NCBI RefSeq assembly: GCF_902652985.1
Contig: NC_047031.1
Coordinates: forward strand, 15,376,001-15,440,000
From: Pecten maximus
Lineage: Eukaryota
Direction: 5' to 3'
Length of the DNA: 64,000 bases
Under the pieces are notes generated by a model. That model searched no databases. It was not told the DNA's origin and saw only the letters and a list, made by a program, of their open reading frames with translations. The position numbers were made by a program, and so were the translations under genes. Shown here in pieces: positions 36,027-50,350 of the stretch (positions within the stretch are counted from its first letter, which is position 1; each line of letters opens with the position of its first letter).

Positions 36027-36519
36027 TAAATAATTGAATGAATACTCCTTTATATACCCGTGTCTTCCATCAAGAAGTGCATAAACGACCATGTGGAGCA
36101 TTATTATTTCCCTATCAGAAAGGTAACCCTTTTGACCTCGGATGCACAGTGGCAATATTTATTGTTGATTCAAAATTAATGATTGCTAATGTACTAAGCA
36201 AACAAGAGGGCAATGGCCTTTAACTGTCATCACCAAATTTTCCTTGTTTGTGGCCCTGCCTTTCTGGCCCTAGGATTCGGACCAGCTTATTTATATAATA
36301 TATGATTGTCCTCCCTAATCATGTTTCACATAATCTGCTTTGGGGTGAAGGAGGAGTAGCGTCTTGAAAGTAAAAGTTCTAACTTCGGAAGGAGTGCGGC
36401 GGACGACGACGGACGATGCATTATGGCTATAACCTAAAATATTGAATTTGGGTATTTGGTACCTAAAGGATAATTTCTTTAATAAGTATGATACATTTTT
36501 TTACAAGTTATCATTGGAT

Positions 36520-36785
36520 CTGCTTTTGTTGTTCAATGAATAGCCAGGGTCATTTTGAGACGGGGTCTCCATGTAGTAGTTGGTGACTACCTCAACGAAC
36601 GAAAAACGGCAGGCTAATCACTTGTCCATGTTTAGCCCAAGGACACAATCATGATAGCACAGACCATTCCATTTCTCAGCTTACTGGAAATACAAACTTC
36701 CAAGCGCAAGGAGCGTTGAACGTCACTCATCAAACCTTCACATGAGGTTATGTACTTGGCAAGTGCTGTAACCAATAGAGCTACT
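36520..36785 (-). mobile_element. Degenerate tRNA-derived CORE-type SINE
   Basis: Reverse strand: gtagctctattggttacagc head, gtgtccttgggc CORE-like motif, tail aaatgaccctggctatt shared with the other SINEs here. Confidence 0.5.
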
Positions 36786-38044
36786 ATTGTTGTTCTTATT
36801 CTTTCTTCATGTTTTAGACGTCAGTAACATAAAATGTAACCAGGTGAAATTGTTTGATCAACACATTTTGTCTAGCTAAAAGTAATACAGTCAAGGAAGC
36901 AAACTTCTGACTGACAAAGACCACACCGACACATGTCCAGTGAAAATGATATATTACATTATTGGGCATGGCCACAGACTTTCTATTCAAAGCAGTATAT
37001 TCTAATGGAAAAGTTGTTCTGATAGGGTGAGGGAAAGATGCACATGTACAGGTAAAAGAAATAATGTGGTTAATAGGCTGAAAACGGTTTGTGCGGGTTT
37101 AAACCTCAGTCTGCATGCTATGAGGGCAAGATGTGCTTTCATAATAGTCAGTTCAACTGTCAAAGACAGATATTGGAAGAGACACCTTCGATGGAAATCA
37201 GAGAATACTAATATATATTTGACATAATATATAAACATATAATGATGCGGAAAAGTATGTGATTTTGTTTTCTCATATTGAAATCAGAGATCAAGGGATC
37301 CTCTCTCTGTTTTATTTAAACATCAATACGCTTTATTGCAAATCAAAACACGTTTTGTGTGTTTTGTGTGTTGTTGAGTGATAAGATTCGAAAAGGTATA
37401 CTTTTAATTTGTCTACGTTAAAAATGTACAGTTATGATATGCATTTACTGTATTTTAGCGCAAACATAGAAAAAGGTGAAACATGATTCATTAGCGTAGA
37501 CATGTATTAAAGCAGTCGAAGGATTCAAATCCGGAAAATCTTTCGTCTCTAAAATTAGACACCAGCTCAACATGCAGCCACTAACGAATTCATGTATACA
37601 CTATACATATTTTACAGGTGACTATTTAATTGTTGTCATTAAAATTATTTGTGAGTTGTAGTTGTTCCGTTTCTAATTGCTAATATCCCGCCTTCAGCAA
37701 TTAATGCTCAAAGGACACTCCTTACAATCTTAGTCAGTAACGTGTTTGAAAGACTATGCTTTATTGTATCACAGCTTGTCATTAACCACTGACTAAACAC
37801 GGACCGAATGATGAATTCATTCATCGTTACATCAAGAGAACAATATTAAGCTCTTTTAGATTGACGCAAAACGATTCAGCTAAACATAAGGCATTTGTGG
37901 AAAAGTTTCAAATAACTTATATAACGGTAAAGGAATGAATCGGTTTCGGAGTCGGGCTGGCGAAGAAAATAAAATTTGCAGGTTATCGAAGTGATTGCCC
38001 AGGTCCAATCACGGGCTCAATAAACGTTAATTTGTGGTCATTGG

Positions 38045-38255
38045 GGCTAAATGTGTCCCCGGCACTTTATCACTAGCCCTCCACCTCAGTGTTGCGAGTT
38101 CTAAACCTACGTGTGGCATTTGCCAGGTACTGACCGTAGGCTGATGGTTTTCCCCGGATACTCCGGGTTTTCGCCACCACCAAAATCTGGCACGTCTTTA
38201 AATGACCCTGGTTGTAAATAGGACGTTAAAAAGGAAACAAACAAAAAAAAAAGCA
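38045..38255 (+). mobile_element. V-SINE-like element
   Basis: ggttttccccggatactccgggttttc V-domain-like core; tail ttaaatgaccctggttgtaaataggacgttaaa plus A-rich end. Confidence 0.6.
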
Positions 38256-39683
38256 AACAGGTAATCGAAGAGGCAGACTTCTGACATATCAATACCCTTA
38301 TATGTAAATAAAAGGTAGATTTTTCCTATGATTTTTTATTTGTCACCTAGAAGAAAGGGTGGTATGTTTAGATCAACAAAAGATCGAATATCTGACATGC
38401 GCCAAGCTGTTCACAGCTACTACACATCGGGTAAGTTTGAGCACAGGTGACATGTCCTATCCTGGGCTCAATTAACGTTAATTTGTGGTCTTTAGGACTG
38501 TCAGAATCGGTCGTGATACGATATAGCTGGATAGTTGTATTACTGAAAAAACACAAAGAGTAAAATAACAAAAAATAATGCCCGCATATATAAGTAAAGT
38601 TTTGAATTAAACATTTTAGCACTATACACAAACAGTAAGAAAATCGCTGAGAATAAACTACCGCTATCTTACATACGTCAACAGTATCTGAGGTCATGAA
38701 TGTGTATAAGAACAGAGGCTATTCGACAAATAACACTTCTTTTCTAGCCCTGGACTTCGAAGTTTTCAAGATTTTTTTATGTTATTGATTGTTTTGTCTC
38801 TTTTGTGTTTTGTTTTCAATTCTGGACGTATAGTTAAGGGCGATAACTAAACATGTATGTGGGTTCCATTGTATCTCATGATGACAAAGGTATTCATTCA
38901 ATCATGTAAAATGTAATAAATTATTTACTTTGTATTTTCCTTCTTCATAAAGACCCCGTATATACGTCCTCACGGCTTTATTGCAAATCAAATTGTTTTG
39001 GAGTGGTATCAAGATATGACGGATATAATATTACCAAAAATGCACCTAAAGGACAATGCATACAAGGTTAACTTTAGGTATTTAAATATCACGGTTTATG
39101 AACATGACAGACATTGGTCTAATACACAATCTATATAGTCTATACAACTGTATGTCTGTCGGTAATCTCAGACAACCAGGGCGTAAATTAAGTAACACAC
39201 GAACAGATAGATTGATATATTTACTGTGGAAGAACATACCCAAATCTTATATTTTTATACTGATAACCAATCAAAGGGACTGCTAAATTCTATAGAAACC
39301 TAAAGTTTACATCAACCAGACTTTATTACGCGAAACTATTTAGTTATGTCTGGATATTGTCTGCATTCAACTGATCAACATAAAAAGACGTTTATTAATA
39401 TGAAAGTGTGAATTCCGAAGGTAGAGAAATAAGGACAAGTTAAGTTTACATTCTGATGCTGGGGATGGACAACTTGGATCATCAAAGTAACCCTGTAACA
39501 TCAGTGATTATGAGGTAGCTATTCGCCTGTATTTTAACATTACTAAGTGTTTAATATAAACAACTGGACGGAACAATATAAGAAGACAAGATTTCATTCT
39601 CGGACTTCGCACAAAACTCGATTTGAAGGCATCAAAATGTTGCTATAACCACAAAACTCTTCAGATATCCAACAGATAATTCA

Positions 39684-41325
39684 ATGAAAATGGGAACAGC
39701 CAAAATACCTGTCCGTTCAAAAGGTAAGATAATCTGTGTTCATCACAAGGGGAGACCACTAGAATTCTATTGTGAAAAATGTCAGGAACTAGCTTGTCCA
39801 AAATGCCTGTATTCTATTCACAAAAGTCATACAGTTTGTGAACCCAGTGAAATTACTCCTCAGAAGAAACAAGACATCAGAAACTTTATTGACAAAACAG
39901 AACAAAATGACCTGATACAAATTAGGAAATACATCACCTCTACTGATACACTCCTCAAGGACAATGACAACACATTTGAGAAACTGTCACATCACTTGAG
40001 GATTCAAACAGACAAATTAAAACAAGACCTTGACATGCTTACTGCAGAGACACTTTCTCTTTATCAGAAAATGAAAGAGGACAATACCAAATTCATACAG
40101 AAATACAAACAGGACCTGGAAATGTATGACAAACAACTCAAACAACAAATACAGGAATGCAAGACAACACTCCAATGTGGCTCACACATACAAAGTCTAT
40201 GACACAGCATGCAAAACAGATTCCCAAATGCATTTCCCTGTAAAACCTTTCCTGGGCACTGCCAGCTTTACTCCAAACAAATATCCTCAAAGTCACCTGG
40301 CACTAACCTTTGGGAAAGTAATCACCTCATGTCAAGGTCACATATTAACTGACCAGGACCGGTCAGCCTTAACACCTAATGATCAGGGACAATCCTCTAA
40401 ACTACAACAACAATCAGGATATAAAGAGAAGACACCACTGGTACATTATAAACTACTGCCAGAGACCAAGGTGATGGCAGAGTGGAGGAGGTCTCCATTG
40501 ATCATATATTCTTTATGTCCCACCACCGATGACCAGGACCAGTAATTACAGTAACACATTTACTCTCCTGGACAGGAAGGGTAATACAAGAAGTCCAACA
40601 CAAGGCAATGATCAATGACATTAGCCTTTCACCAATAACACACAGACTTTGGGTCTGTGACACAGAAAATGGCGTTCTTGAGCTGGAATCAGGACAACTA
40701 ACAAACAGATTCAGAACCATGGAGGAGCCCGAGAGTATATTAGTTACAGCTAGTAACCATGTCATTGTAGGCATGACTAAACACATCTCCAAATTTACCA
40801 CACAGGGTCAGGTGGTGCTCACTACAAAGGCTGCTGGTACTGGAAAACCACTAGTGTATACACCATACAGAGTCAGAGAGTGTCCTGTCACTCACAATGT
40901 GGCAGTGAATGATTTCAGGAATAAAAGTGATGGTGGTGATAAAAACCACAAGTTGTTGTCATGGATACTGACTTCCAGGGACTGTTTGTATACCGAGGTG
41001 ACATCCGTAATACATATGAACAAACTCCACAAACAGGAGGGGACATATTTAACCCCCGGAGTGTGGTGTGTGATAGTGTGGGGAACCTCATCATAGGGGC
41101 TATAACAACAACAGGGTCCTACTCCTCAGTGGAGGTGGCGAGTTCCTCAGGATCCTCCTCACAGAGTGGACAAAGGATGTAGGTGTAGACAGGAAGGATA
41201 TCCTATGGTCAGAGTGGACACAGGATGTAGGTGTATACTGGAAGGATATCTTATGGTCAGTGTTTTTGTTTAATAAAGTAAAATTACTAAAGTGCAGCAG
41301 TGCTTTACAACTATATCAAAACTAG
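39684..41325 (+). pseudogene. B-box/NHL paralogue G4 with several frameshifts
   Basis: B-box CVHHKGRPLEFYCEKCQELACPKC; frameshifts near 40195, 40535-40580, 40950 and 41100; 48-bp duplication at 41162-41257; terminus altered (KLLKCSSALQL…) with no satellite. Confidence 0.9.
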
Positions 41326-42596
41326 TATTACTTTACAGCCATTGACATATCCTGTCCTTAATTTTAGTTATGATATTTTTTATTGTATGTTTAACTGAAT
41401 ATATATGTATCGATATCGTTAGATCCCTTGAGATCCCTGATACATGAAATTGTTCAATATCCGAGTGTGTTCTACTGTAATCTCACAGATGTGTCATATA
41501 TGTGACATATATTGTATGAATGTTTAGTTGCATAGATCTAATATTTCATTGCGTTTTCTTTTCTGGTGACAACCTTTATTTGCTGAATGTCTCAAGCAAC
41601 ATCCCCTCAAAATCAGCAATAAACAAGTGAACAGATTTGTGATGTTTTGTCTATACGTTTAATATATGATCACAAAGATTAAAATTCAATGTGATATTAT
41701 AATTGGGTATTAAGTTTGATCAATGCAAAAATTGAAGAAAAATAATTCCCGACAAGAAGACAATTGGTTTGGACTCGCGCCTTGTCTGGTTCTTGAACTC
41801 TCAAAAAGTCTACGGCACCATTTCACTTCGCCAGAAATAGATATCGTGGTGTTAGCCGGATACTTTGTCACGATTATAGGGACAAATCCTGTATGTAGCA
41901 TGAATATTATTATGCTAACTGTCCATATTTTCTTATGTTTGTTCATTACATTACTTATTAGTGGGCTAATTTTTGCCATTGATGTTTTAAGTGACAAAAA
42001 AGAATGTACATTATTTTTTCGGAAATATCAGTCGAGTATTTTATGATAAACAACAATAACAAACTTAAACTGTCAAATCTTAGACGGCAACCTACACCTA
42101 CGATTTAGGGTTTATTTATCAGATTCGAAACAGACAAGTGTTAAAGACGAACACAGGGAACGTACATGATCAAGTTTGACAAATGTCTCCAATTTTTTTT
42201 TCAAGAAACAGAAATAAGCAGGACTGTTAACAAGCCAACTGCGGACCGATCACAAACGAAGGGGGATTTCAACAGTCCACCAACTGATGATTAACCTAAT
42301 ATGAAACACATGTGGATGAAAAAAACTAGCAGGCTTCGTCCGATTGGTTATATTAGAATTAACAACATGAATAAAAATGTATTTATTGAACAATAGCTAT
42401 GTAGTACTTGTATGTGGAAACTGATAAAGGATCGATTATTTCAAATTGAAAAACATATTGACCAATCAAATGGCTTATTTCTGTTTCTTCAACATTCTAA
42501 CATTATTGTGGTCTCTATTGGCACATCAAGTCATATCTTTACTGGGAAGTGTTTCTAATTATCAAAAACTACAACATGATACAAGAAACAAAACAT

Positions 42597-42850
42597 AATC
42601 AACACGACATAATCAACATGACATGATCTGTATGACGTGATCAACACAATGTGATCAACATGACAAGATCAACATGACATTATCAACACGACATGATCAA
42701 CATGACATTATAAACATGACTTTATTAACACGACATTATAAACATGACTTTATCAACATGACATTATAAACATGACTTTATTAACATGACATGGTCAACA
42801 ATATATTATCAACATGCCATTATTAATACAAGATCAATATGACATTATGC
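42597..42850. repeat. 14-bp degenerate tandem repeat (atcaacatgacatt)
   Basis: Direct periodicity. Confidence 0.85.
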
Positions 42851-43202
42851 TAAGCAATTTATTTTGGACAACAATACTTGTCAACATATTTATTACATTA
42901 TTATCCATATTAAATATTATTATAACAGACTAACCATTTTGCACGTTAATTCTATTGATCTCTATCGGAAAATATCCATATTCAATACCAATTATAACAG
43001 TCCAATCCAGAACCTCTTTTTTTATTTCAATTAATGAACTGATCTCTGTCGAAGAGTATCCATATTAACAAAATTATTATTACAGACTAACCAAGACTGG
43101 TCTCATTAGAGCATTTATCATTTACATTTTTCTATGATCGTTACAGCTCCCCTAGTATCTGTTTAAACCCTGGTGCAGTGTATCACGTCACGTGATTTGT
43201 TT

Positions 43203-43300
43203 GCCGCAGTAGCCTAGTGATTAAGGTGTCCCGACACTTTATCACTAGCACTCCATCTCTGGGTCGCGAGCTCGTTTTTCTCCAGGTACTCCGGCTTTTG
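43203..43300 (+). mobile_element. V-SINE-like 5' fragment
   Basis: tagcctagtgattaagg A-box head; shares cactttatcactagc and ggtactccgg with 38045-38255. Confidence 0.5.
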
Positions 43301-43344
43301 TCTTATTACTCAATAACCAGGTTTATCTACCCAATGTACATGTT

Positions 43345-43685
43345 AACCTTATTTCATAATACACAGTTGCAGCTACCAACAGTACAGGTACGTCTTATTA
43401 CCTAATACACAGGTGTATCTGTCCACAGTACATGTCTGTATTATGACCGAAATACACAGGTGTACCTACCGACAGTACAGGTTTGTCTTATTACCCAATA
43501 CACAGGTGTATCTGACCACAGTACAGGTATGTCTTATTACCCAACATACAGGTATATCTACCCACAGTACAGGTACGTCTTTTTTTCCCAATGCACATAC
43601 TATGTACCCACAGTACAGGTATGTCTTATTACCAAATACACAGGTGTATCTAATTACTGTAACGGTGTGTCTCATTACCCAACAA
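43345..43685 (+). repeat. 46-bp tandem array, about 7 units, upstream of G5
   Basis: acccaatacacaggtgtatctacccacagtacaggtatgtcttatt. Confidence 0.88.
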
Positions 43686-44366
43686 TATGTCTGATTAACC
43701 TTATTCACACAACTAACAGACGATGTATCCCAGGTGAACTGTTGGTATTTAAATATCACAGTTTGTAAACATGATCCATATTGACCTCGTCTAGTTTCTG
43801 TACAATCTATGTCTGTCTATACCGCACACAACCAGGACACATATTAGATAACGTCTGAACACAGGTAGGTCTACATGTTCCTGTTGATGTAACGTACCCA
43901 GATGTCGGTTTACATTTATCAATTATCAGAAGGATTTCCTCATTCTGCTTGGAAACTTATCTTGACATTGAACAGACATTACAGAGTTTAAAGTCTTGAT
44001 TGTCAGGTAAAATTGGATATCGTCAGCCAGGGAGTAACATATTTATCAACATGACATGAAGGAAGTTAATTAATGTGGCTGTGAAGTCTGAGGCGAGAGC
44101 AAATTATTGACAATGTAAATTATTATTCTGATGGCGGAGATGGAAAACTGGAATCATCACAGTAACATCAAAGATCAGTAGGTAGCTTTTGTGTTTTTAC
44201 GTCACTTACTGTTGAACATAAACATATTTATCTGGATGCAACTGTCCATGGATGGAACAGTATAGATCTAATATCAAACACATCTTTTATTGATTTTATA
44301 ACAACACAGCGGTGCTTTAGTAACAGACATCTTCAAAAAACAAATAAATATTCTATATTCATCAAA

Positions 44367-45996
44367 ATGGCGGCAGCCAAAACACCTATCCGAATGAAAG
44401 GCGACACAACCTGTATTCATCACAAGGGAAGACAGCTGGAATTATACTGTGAAAAGTGTCAAGAACTAATTTGTACAAAATGCCTTTCCTCTGTACATAA
44501 AGGTCATATCATATGTGAGCTGAGTGAAATCATTCCTCAAAAGAAACAGAACATCAAAAACTTTATCGAGAGAACAGAAAAAAATGACCTGGTACAAATC
44601 AGGAAATACATCACCTCTACTGATACACACTTCAAAGACAACGACAGTACAATTGAGAAACTCTCACATCAGTTGAAGATGCAAACAGAAAAGTTAAAGC
44701 AAGACCTTGACAACCTTCTAGCTGAGAAACTCTCTTTTTATCAGAAAATGAAAGAGGATAATGACAAGCTCATACAGAAATACAAACAGAATATGGAATT
44801 ATTCGAAGAGAAACTCAAACAACAAATGCAGGATTGCAAGACAGTACTTCAGCAGGGCTCTTACTTACAAGTTTATGATACACCATGTGTAATCAATTCT
44901 CCTACCAGCCTCCCTATAAAACTTATCCTGGGTACTGCTAGCTTTACTCCAAACACAAACCCTGAAGGTCACCTAGAACTAGCCATAGGGAGAATTACCA
45001 CCTCATGTCAAGGTCAAACATCGATTGACCTGGATGGGTCAGTCTCAACGTCAGATCGTCAGGAAAAACTTTCTTCTACACAACATGGACGGAAGACAGA
45101 CACCAAGGTGATGGAGGAATGGGAGTCTCCATGTTACGTAGGTTCGATATGTCCTAACACTGATGACCAGGCATGGACCAGTTATTACTACAGTGACACG
45201 TTAACTCTCCTAGACAGGAAAGGAGCAGCTATACAGAAAGTCACCAACGAGGCTGTGATCAATAACATCAGTCTGTCACACATAACACACAGACTGTGGG
45301 TCTGTGATGCAAAAAATAACATCCTGGAGCTGGTATCGGGAAAACTAACACACAGATTCAGAACTCAGGAGGAACCCAGGTGTATATGTGTTACAGCCAG
45401 TAACCATGTCATTGTGGGATTGGTCCAAACACATCTGTAAATTTACCACACAAGGTCAGGTTGTGCTCACTACAATGGCTGTAGGGACTGAGAAACAACT
45501 TGTATGCACACCATACAGGATCACAGAGTGTCCTGTCACTCACAATGTCGCAGTGATTGATTTCTGTGATGAAAGTGATAGTGGTGATGGAAACAAATGT
45601 GTTGTTGTTATGAATACTGACTTCCAGGAACTGTTTGTATACAGAGGTGACATCCCAAGTACGAGTGAACTATTTTCATCATTAGGTTCAGTATATGATA
45701 TTATGAGAAACCTTATCATAACTGTCAGGGACATGTACACGACATATAAACAAAAAGGAGATAACTCATTTAAACTCTCAGGTGTGGTGTATGATAGTGT
45801 TGGAAACCTCATCATAGGGGACTATAACAACAACAGAGTCCTACTCCTCAGTGGAGGTGGCAATTTCCTCAGGATTATACACACAGACACACATTTGACA
45901 TGGGCTGTAGGAGTAGACAGGAAGGATGTCATGTGGGCAGTGTTTGGAGACTCATCAGCAGATAATGTAAAGCTACTTCAGTACAACAGTGTGTGA
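44367..45996 (+). pseudogene. B-box/NHL paralogue G5, full length with one +1 frameshift near 45420 (pseudogene or sequence error)
   Basis: ORFs 44367-45440 and 45388-45996 together align to all of G3; ends KLLQYNSV*. Confidence 0.85.
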
Positions 45997-46617
45997 TAGC
46001 TATAATAAAACTACAATATCACAACAGATTGTGATAGCTATAAACTACTACAGTACAGCAGTATGTGATAGTTATAATAAAACTACTATAGCACAACAGC
46101 ATGCGATAACTATAAACTAATACAGTACAACAGTAAGTGATAACTATAAACTACTACAGTACAACAGTATATGATAGCTGTAATAAAACTACAATACAAC
46201 AGCATTTGATAGCTATTATAAAACTACAATACAACAGTATATGATACCTATAATAAAACTACAATACAACAGCATGTGATAGCTATAATAAAATTACAAT
46301 ACAACAGCATGTGATAGCTATAATAAAAATACAATACAACGGCATGTGATAGCTATAATAAAGTTACAGTACAGCAGTATGTGATAGCTATAATAAAATT
46401 ACTACATCTCAGCAGTGTGTGATAGCTATAAACTACTACAATACAACAGTATGTGATAGCTATAAACTACTATAGTACAGCAGTGTGTGATAGCTATAAA
46501 TTACTATAGTACAACAGTATATGATAACTATAAACTACTACAGTACAGCAGTATGCGATAGCTATAAACTACTATAGTACAACAGTATGTGATAACTGTG
46601 ATAAAACTACTACAGTA
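45970..46617 (+). repeat. Diverged 34-38-bp stop-codon satellite, about 18 units
   Basis: Begins in the last codons of G5. Confidence 0.9.
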
Positions 46618-47204
46618 TTTTACAGCATTGACTTAATCAGTCCCTTATTATACAAGTCTTTAATTTCGGCTATTATCATTGTTATTGTTCTTATAGTACG
46701 GTTAACGTAATACGTATCATTGACGATAAGAGATTCTTGATAATGTCAAATTTGTGAGATGGAAGTACGTTATTATTGTGAGAATTGTAAATTTTCTTAT
46801 TTCTAACGTTTGTTCATTACGATTCCTAATTAAATGGTTACATACTATATAATGCTGTTATTTGTAATTGATACCTAGAGACAAAAAGGATTCCAAAACT
46901 GAAATTTTAGAAAGTTCCACAGAAGATTTGTTTCGAAGAATAGCAATGTTAGGCTTAAACTTAACAAATCAAACCTTGTCAATTGACAGTCGATGTGTTC
47001 GTACTGATCAGTCTGAAAATAAATATTGGAGACCAAGGAAAACCTATGTATGAAATAAAATCCATTCAGTATTGCATGAGAAATAACTAGATAATCTTTT
47101 ATGATCACAATCCCTGTAGATATCCACATATCGTCATTAAATTGTTTGCAACACAAGCCAGACCCAAAATTAATAATTTACCACTAGGGACAAAAACATA
47201 TGAA

Positions 47205-47672
47205 ATTGGATGAAGAACTTCCAGTATTTATACAAAATTTGATGAAGAACATCCGTTAGTAATAAGAAACTTGATCGGGAACTCTGAGTAGTTATAAGAA
47301 ATGTGGTGGAGAACTTCCAGAAATAATAACACATTTGAAAAAAAATTTTCGTGTAGTAACAAATTTAAAGGGGAACTTCATGTAGTAATAGGAAATGTTA
47401 CAAAGAACATCCAGTAGTAATAAGAACTTTGACGAAAAAAAGTAGTAATTATAAAGTTAATGGAGAACTTCCAGTATTGATAAAAACAATGATGAAGAAC
47501 TCAAGTACAAATACGAAATTTGATGACGAACTTCCAGTAGTAAGAAATTTGAAAGAGAACTTCCAGAAGTAATAATACATATGATGAAAGATCTCATGTA
47601 GTAATAAGTAATTTGACGGAGAATGCCCAGTAGTAGTAAGAAATTTGACGGAAAACTTCCAGTAGTAATAAC
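47205..47672. repeat. Degenerate ~32-bp tandem repeat (gaacttccagtagtaataagaaatttgacgaa)
   Basis: Recurrent gaacttccagta motif; only 2-3 units at the paralogous position 33940-34010 downstream of G3. Confidence 0.75.
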
Positions 47673-48161
47673 ACATTTGTAGATCGTTCCTCGTCTCGTC
47701 AGTTTCACATTTGTTATGCACTTCTAGCAAATTGTTTTACTTTTTAATCTAATTTGAAACTTACTAGTATAAAACTCATTGGTTTCCTTAATTGTTTATC
47801 CCCCCCCCCTCCCCCACTAACAGACATGGATAGCAATTGTTAAATATAGACTTTGGACTCTTCGGTATAATGTAAAACGTTCATTTATGTTAAAAAATGA
47901 AAATTGATCTTCAGCCTTGAACCGGTGACCATGACATTTGATTAGTAAACTACTTGTTTCAATCCTAACTTATTATGCTTCATCATATCAAAACAAAATG
48001 AAGTGCCTGATGTCCTTCACCTTTGACCTCCACCGGTAATATCAGTATGTGTTTTTATAAACTAAACATTCGGACGAAATTGCATGTAAATCACTCAACA
48101 AAGACTAAGTTATCAGCCCGAAGGGATAGACAGACGGGAAAACAGACGAACAGACTGACAG

Positions 48162-48557
48162 TTTGGTTTGGTTTATTTTGTAACGTCCTATTAACAGCTA
48201 AGGTCATTTAAGGACGGCCTCCCGTGCGTGCGGCATGTATGCGTGTAGCGAGTGCGTATGTATGTTTTGGGAGGCTGCGGTATGTTCGTGTTAAGTCTCC
48301 TTGTGATAGGCCGGATCTTTTGCCGATTTAGAGTGCTACCTCACTGAAGCATACTGCCGAAGACACCCAGCAGCACACCCCACCCGGTCACATTATACTC
48401 ACAACGGGCCAAGCAGTCGTCCCACCCCTTATTTGCTGAGCGCTAAGCAGGAGTAGCAACTACCATCTTTAAAGACTCTGGTATGTCATGGCTAGGGGAC
48501 AGAACCTAAAGCCTTCCTCACAGGGGCGAACGCTCAACTAAAGGCCAAAAGTGAGGC
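48162..48557 (-). mobile_element. Full-length tRNA-derived SINE (Meta-domain-like)
   Basis: Reverse strand: A/B-box head, gatggtagttgctactcctgcttagcgctcagca core, tail ttaaatgaccttagctgttaataggacgtta with an (aaacc)n end; partial copies at 54899-55092 and 62146-62345. Confidence 0.75.
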
Positions 48558-49882
48558 ACTGTTAAGGGAGACATTAGGAAGAAGAAAGTGGAACATATGT
48601 TCCTCCGATATACATGTAATGTGTAAAACAGAAAAACAGACATTACAAAATCCTCTCCATCAGTTCCATCGGTTGGCATAAAACCCTCTGTGGCGTCAAA
48701 TATCAAAGAATAATTTCTAATTCGTTTGTATACTTCAGTGAACGTTTTATATCCAAGAGTCATACTCATACAATACGATTAACTGAAACATGAAACAAAA
48801 AATAATAAGTACATATTATACGTAACAATATATAATGCAAATGACCAACATAAATCATTAAGACCATTATATCTAGTAAATAAGCATTATAAGTGTTACC
48901 TAGGAAAAGCTGCACTTTATAGCTGAACATTCTAGAAAAACAATAATAATTATCAACAGAATTAATACACAGGTCAGTAGTACTAGTGCTCTACATACCT
49001 TTGCAAATTGTACACAAATCCTATTAAACCACCAATTAATAATAATAAAAGGGAAGTAACTCTTACAGACGAAGCTAACGAACAAATTATCTCCCTTGAA
49101 TCCATGAAAAATCTACCATGACTTGTTTTTATTACTGACATAATTTTCACTTATCAATATACTTGACAACTAACAACAATAACAGTCTATGATTACTATG
49201 ACATAATAATTTCTAGCCAGATAATATTAATACAGTAAACTTATGATCAAATAGTATGCACATACATGAATCAGCGTTACTTGCGAGAATCACCTAAATT
49301 TATCGACGCAATAAATCTGACATCATTAAATGTCGAATTACACCGATGACTTAGTAAATATACTACAATAATCAAGTATTCTTCATAATTACAGTATACG
49401 TAATAACCTAGTACTAGCATATGATAAATCAAATTAGGAACGAAAATCAAACAAATGCGGTTTTACAACTGGGCGGCCATGACACCTGCACGGTCTATTA
49501 CACACACAGGGCCGTGGTTCGTAAACACTCAAAAATACATGTTGCAAGCTATTACTATGAGTACATAACAGGTCCAAAACAATATACAGGTTATAGTTGG
49601 TTAATTAACTAACCAAATTAATAGTTTCTTCTAGGAGTCCTGATATTATTGGCACAGATGTAGCGAACACAGGCACGCCGCAAACAAGTAAACGACTGGG
49701 AAAACCTGTGCTGAAGCCTCGTTCTCGAATATTAAAATGAAATTGAAACTATGACGTAAGCACCAAAAAAAGGCGGGACATTTGAATTGTAAACATTGAC
49801 TGTAACACCCTCGTAGATGTAAGGGTAAAAAACTATATACTACAATTTATAGTGATTCGGTCATTGTCGGAGTTAAAAGAAT

Positions 49883-50350
49883 ATGATAGATGGCATTGAT
49901 TTGTCACCCAAAACACACAGACTGTTGGTCTGTCACACAGAAAACAATGTTCTGAAGCTGGTATCAGGAAAACTAAAGGTGGTACCATGTGTATGTGTTA
50001 CAGCCAGTAAACATGTCATTGTGGGTATGTCACAGCACATTTCTCATTTTACCACCAAGATCAGATGATGCTCACTACATTGGTGAAGAACAAGGGTAAT
50101 ATGTCCTGTATCTCACAATGTTGCAGTGATAACATTCAGTACTGAAAGGGATGATGATAACGGAAACCAACATTTTATTGTTATGGATACTGACTTTCAT
50201 GAACTGTTTGTATATAGTGGTGAAATACTCATGAAATATAAACAAACCCCACAAACACAATGTAAACTATTTATCTCTCCGGATGTGGTGCATAATAGTC
50301 TGCGGAACCTATCATTGGGAACAGGTTTGAGAACAGGTTCCAACTACTCA
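49883..50350 (+). pseudogene. Heavily decayed NHL-region relic G6
   Basis: IDLSPKTHRLLVC…CVCVTASKHVIVGMSQHISHFTT and …FIVMDTDFHELFVYSG with stops and deletions. Confidence 0.85.
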
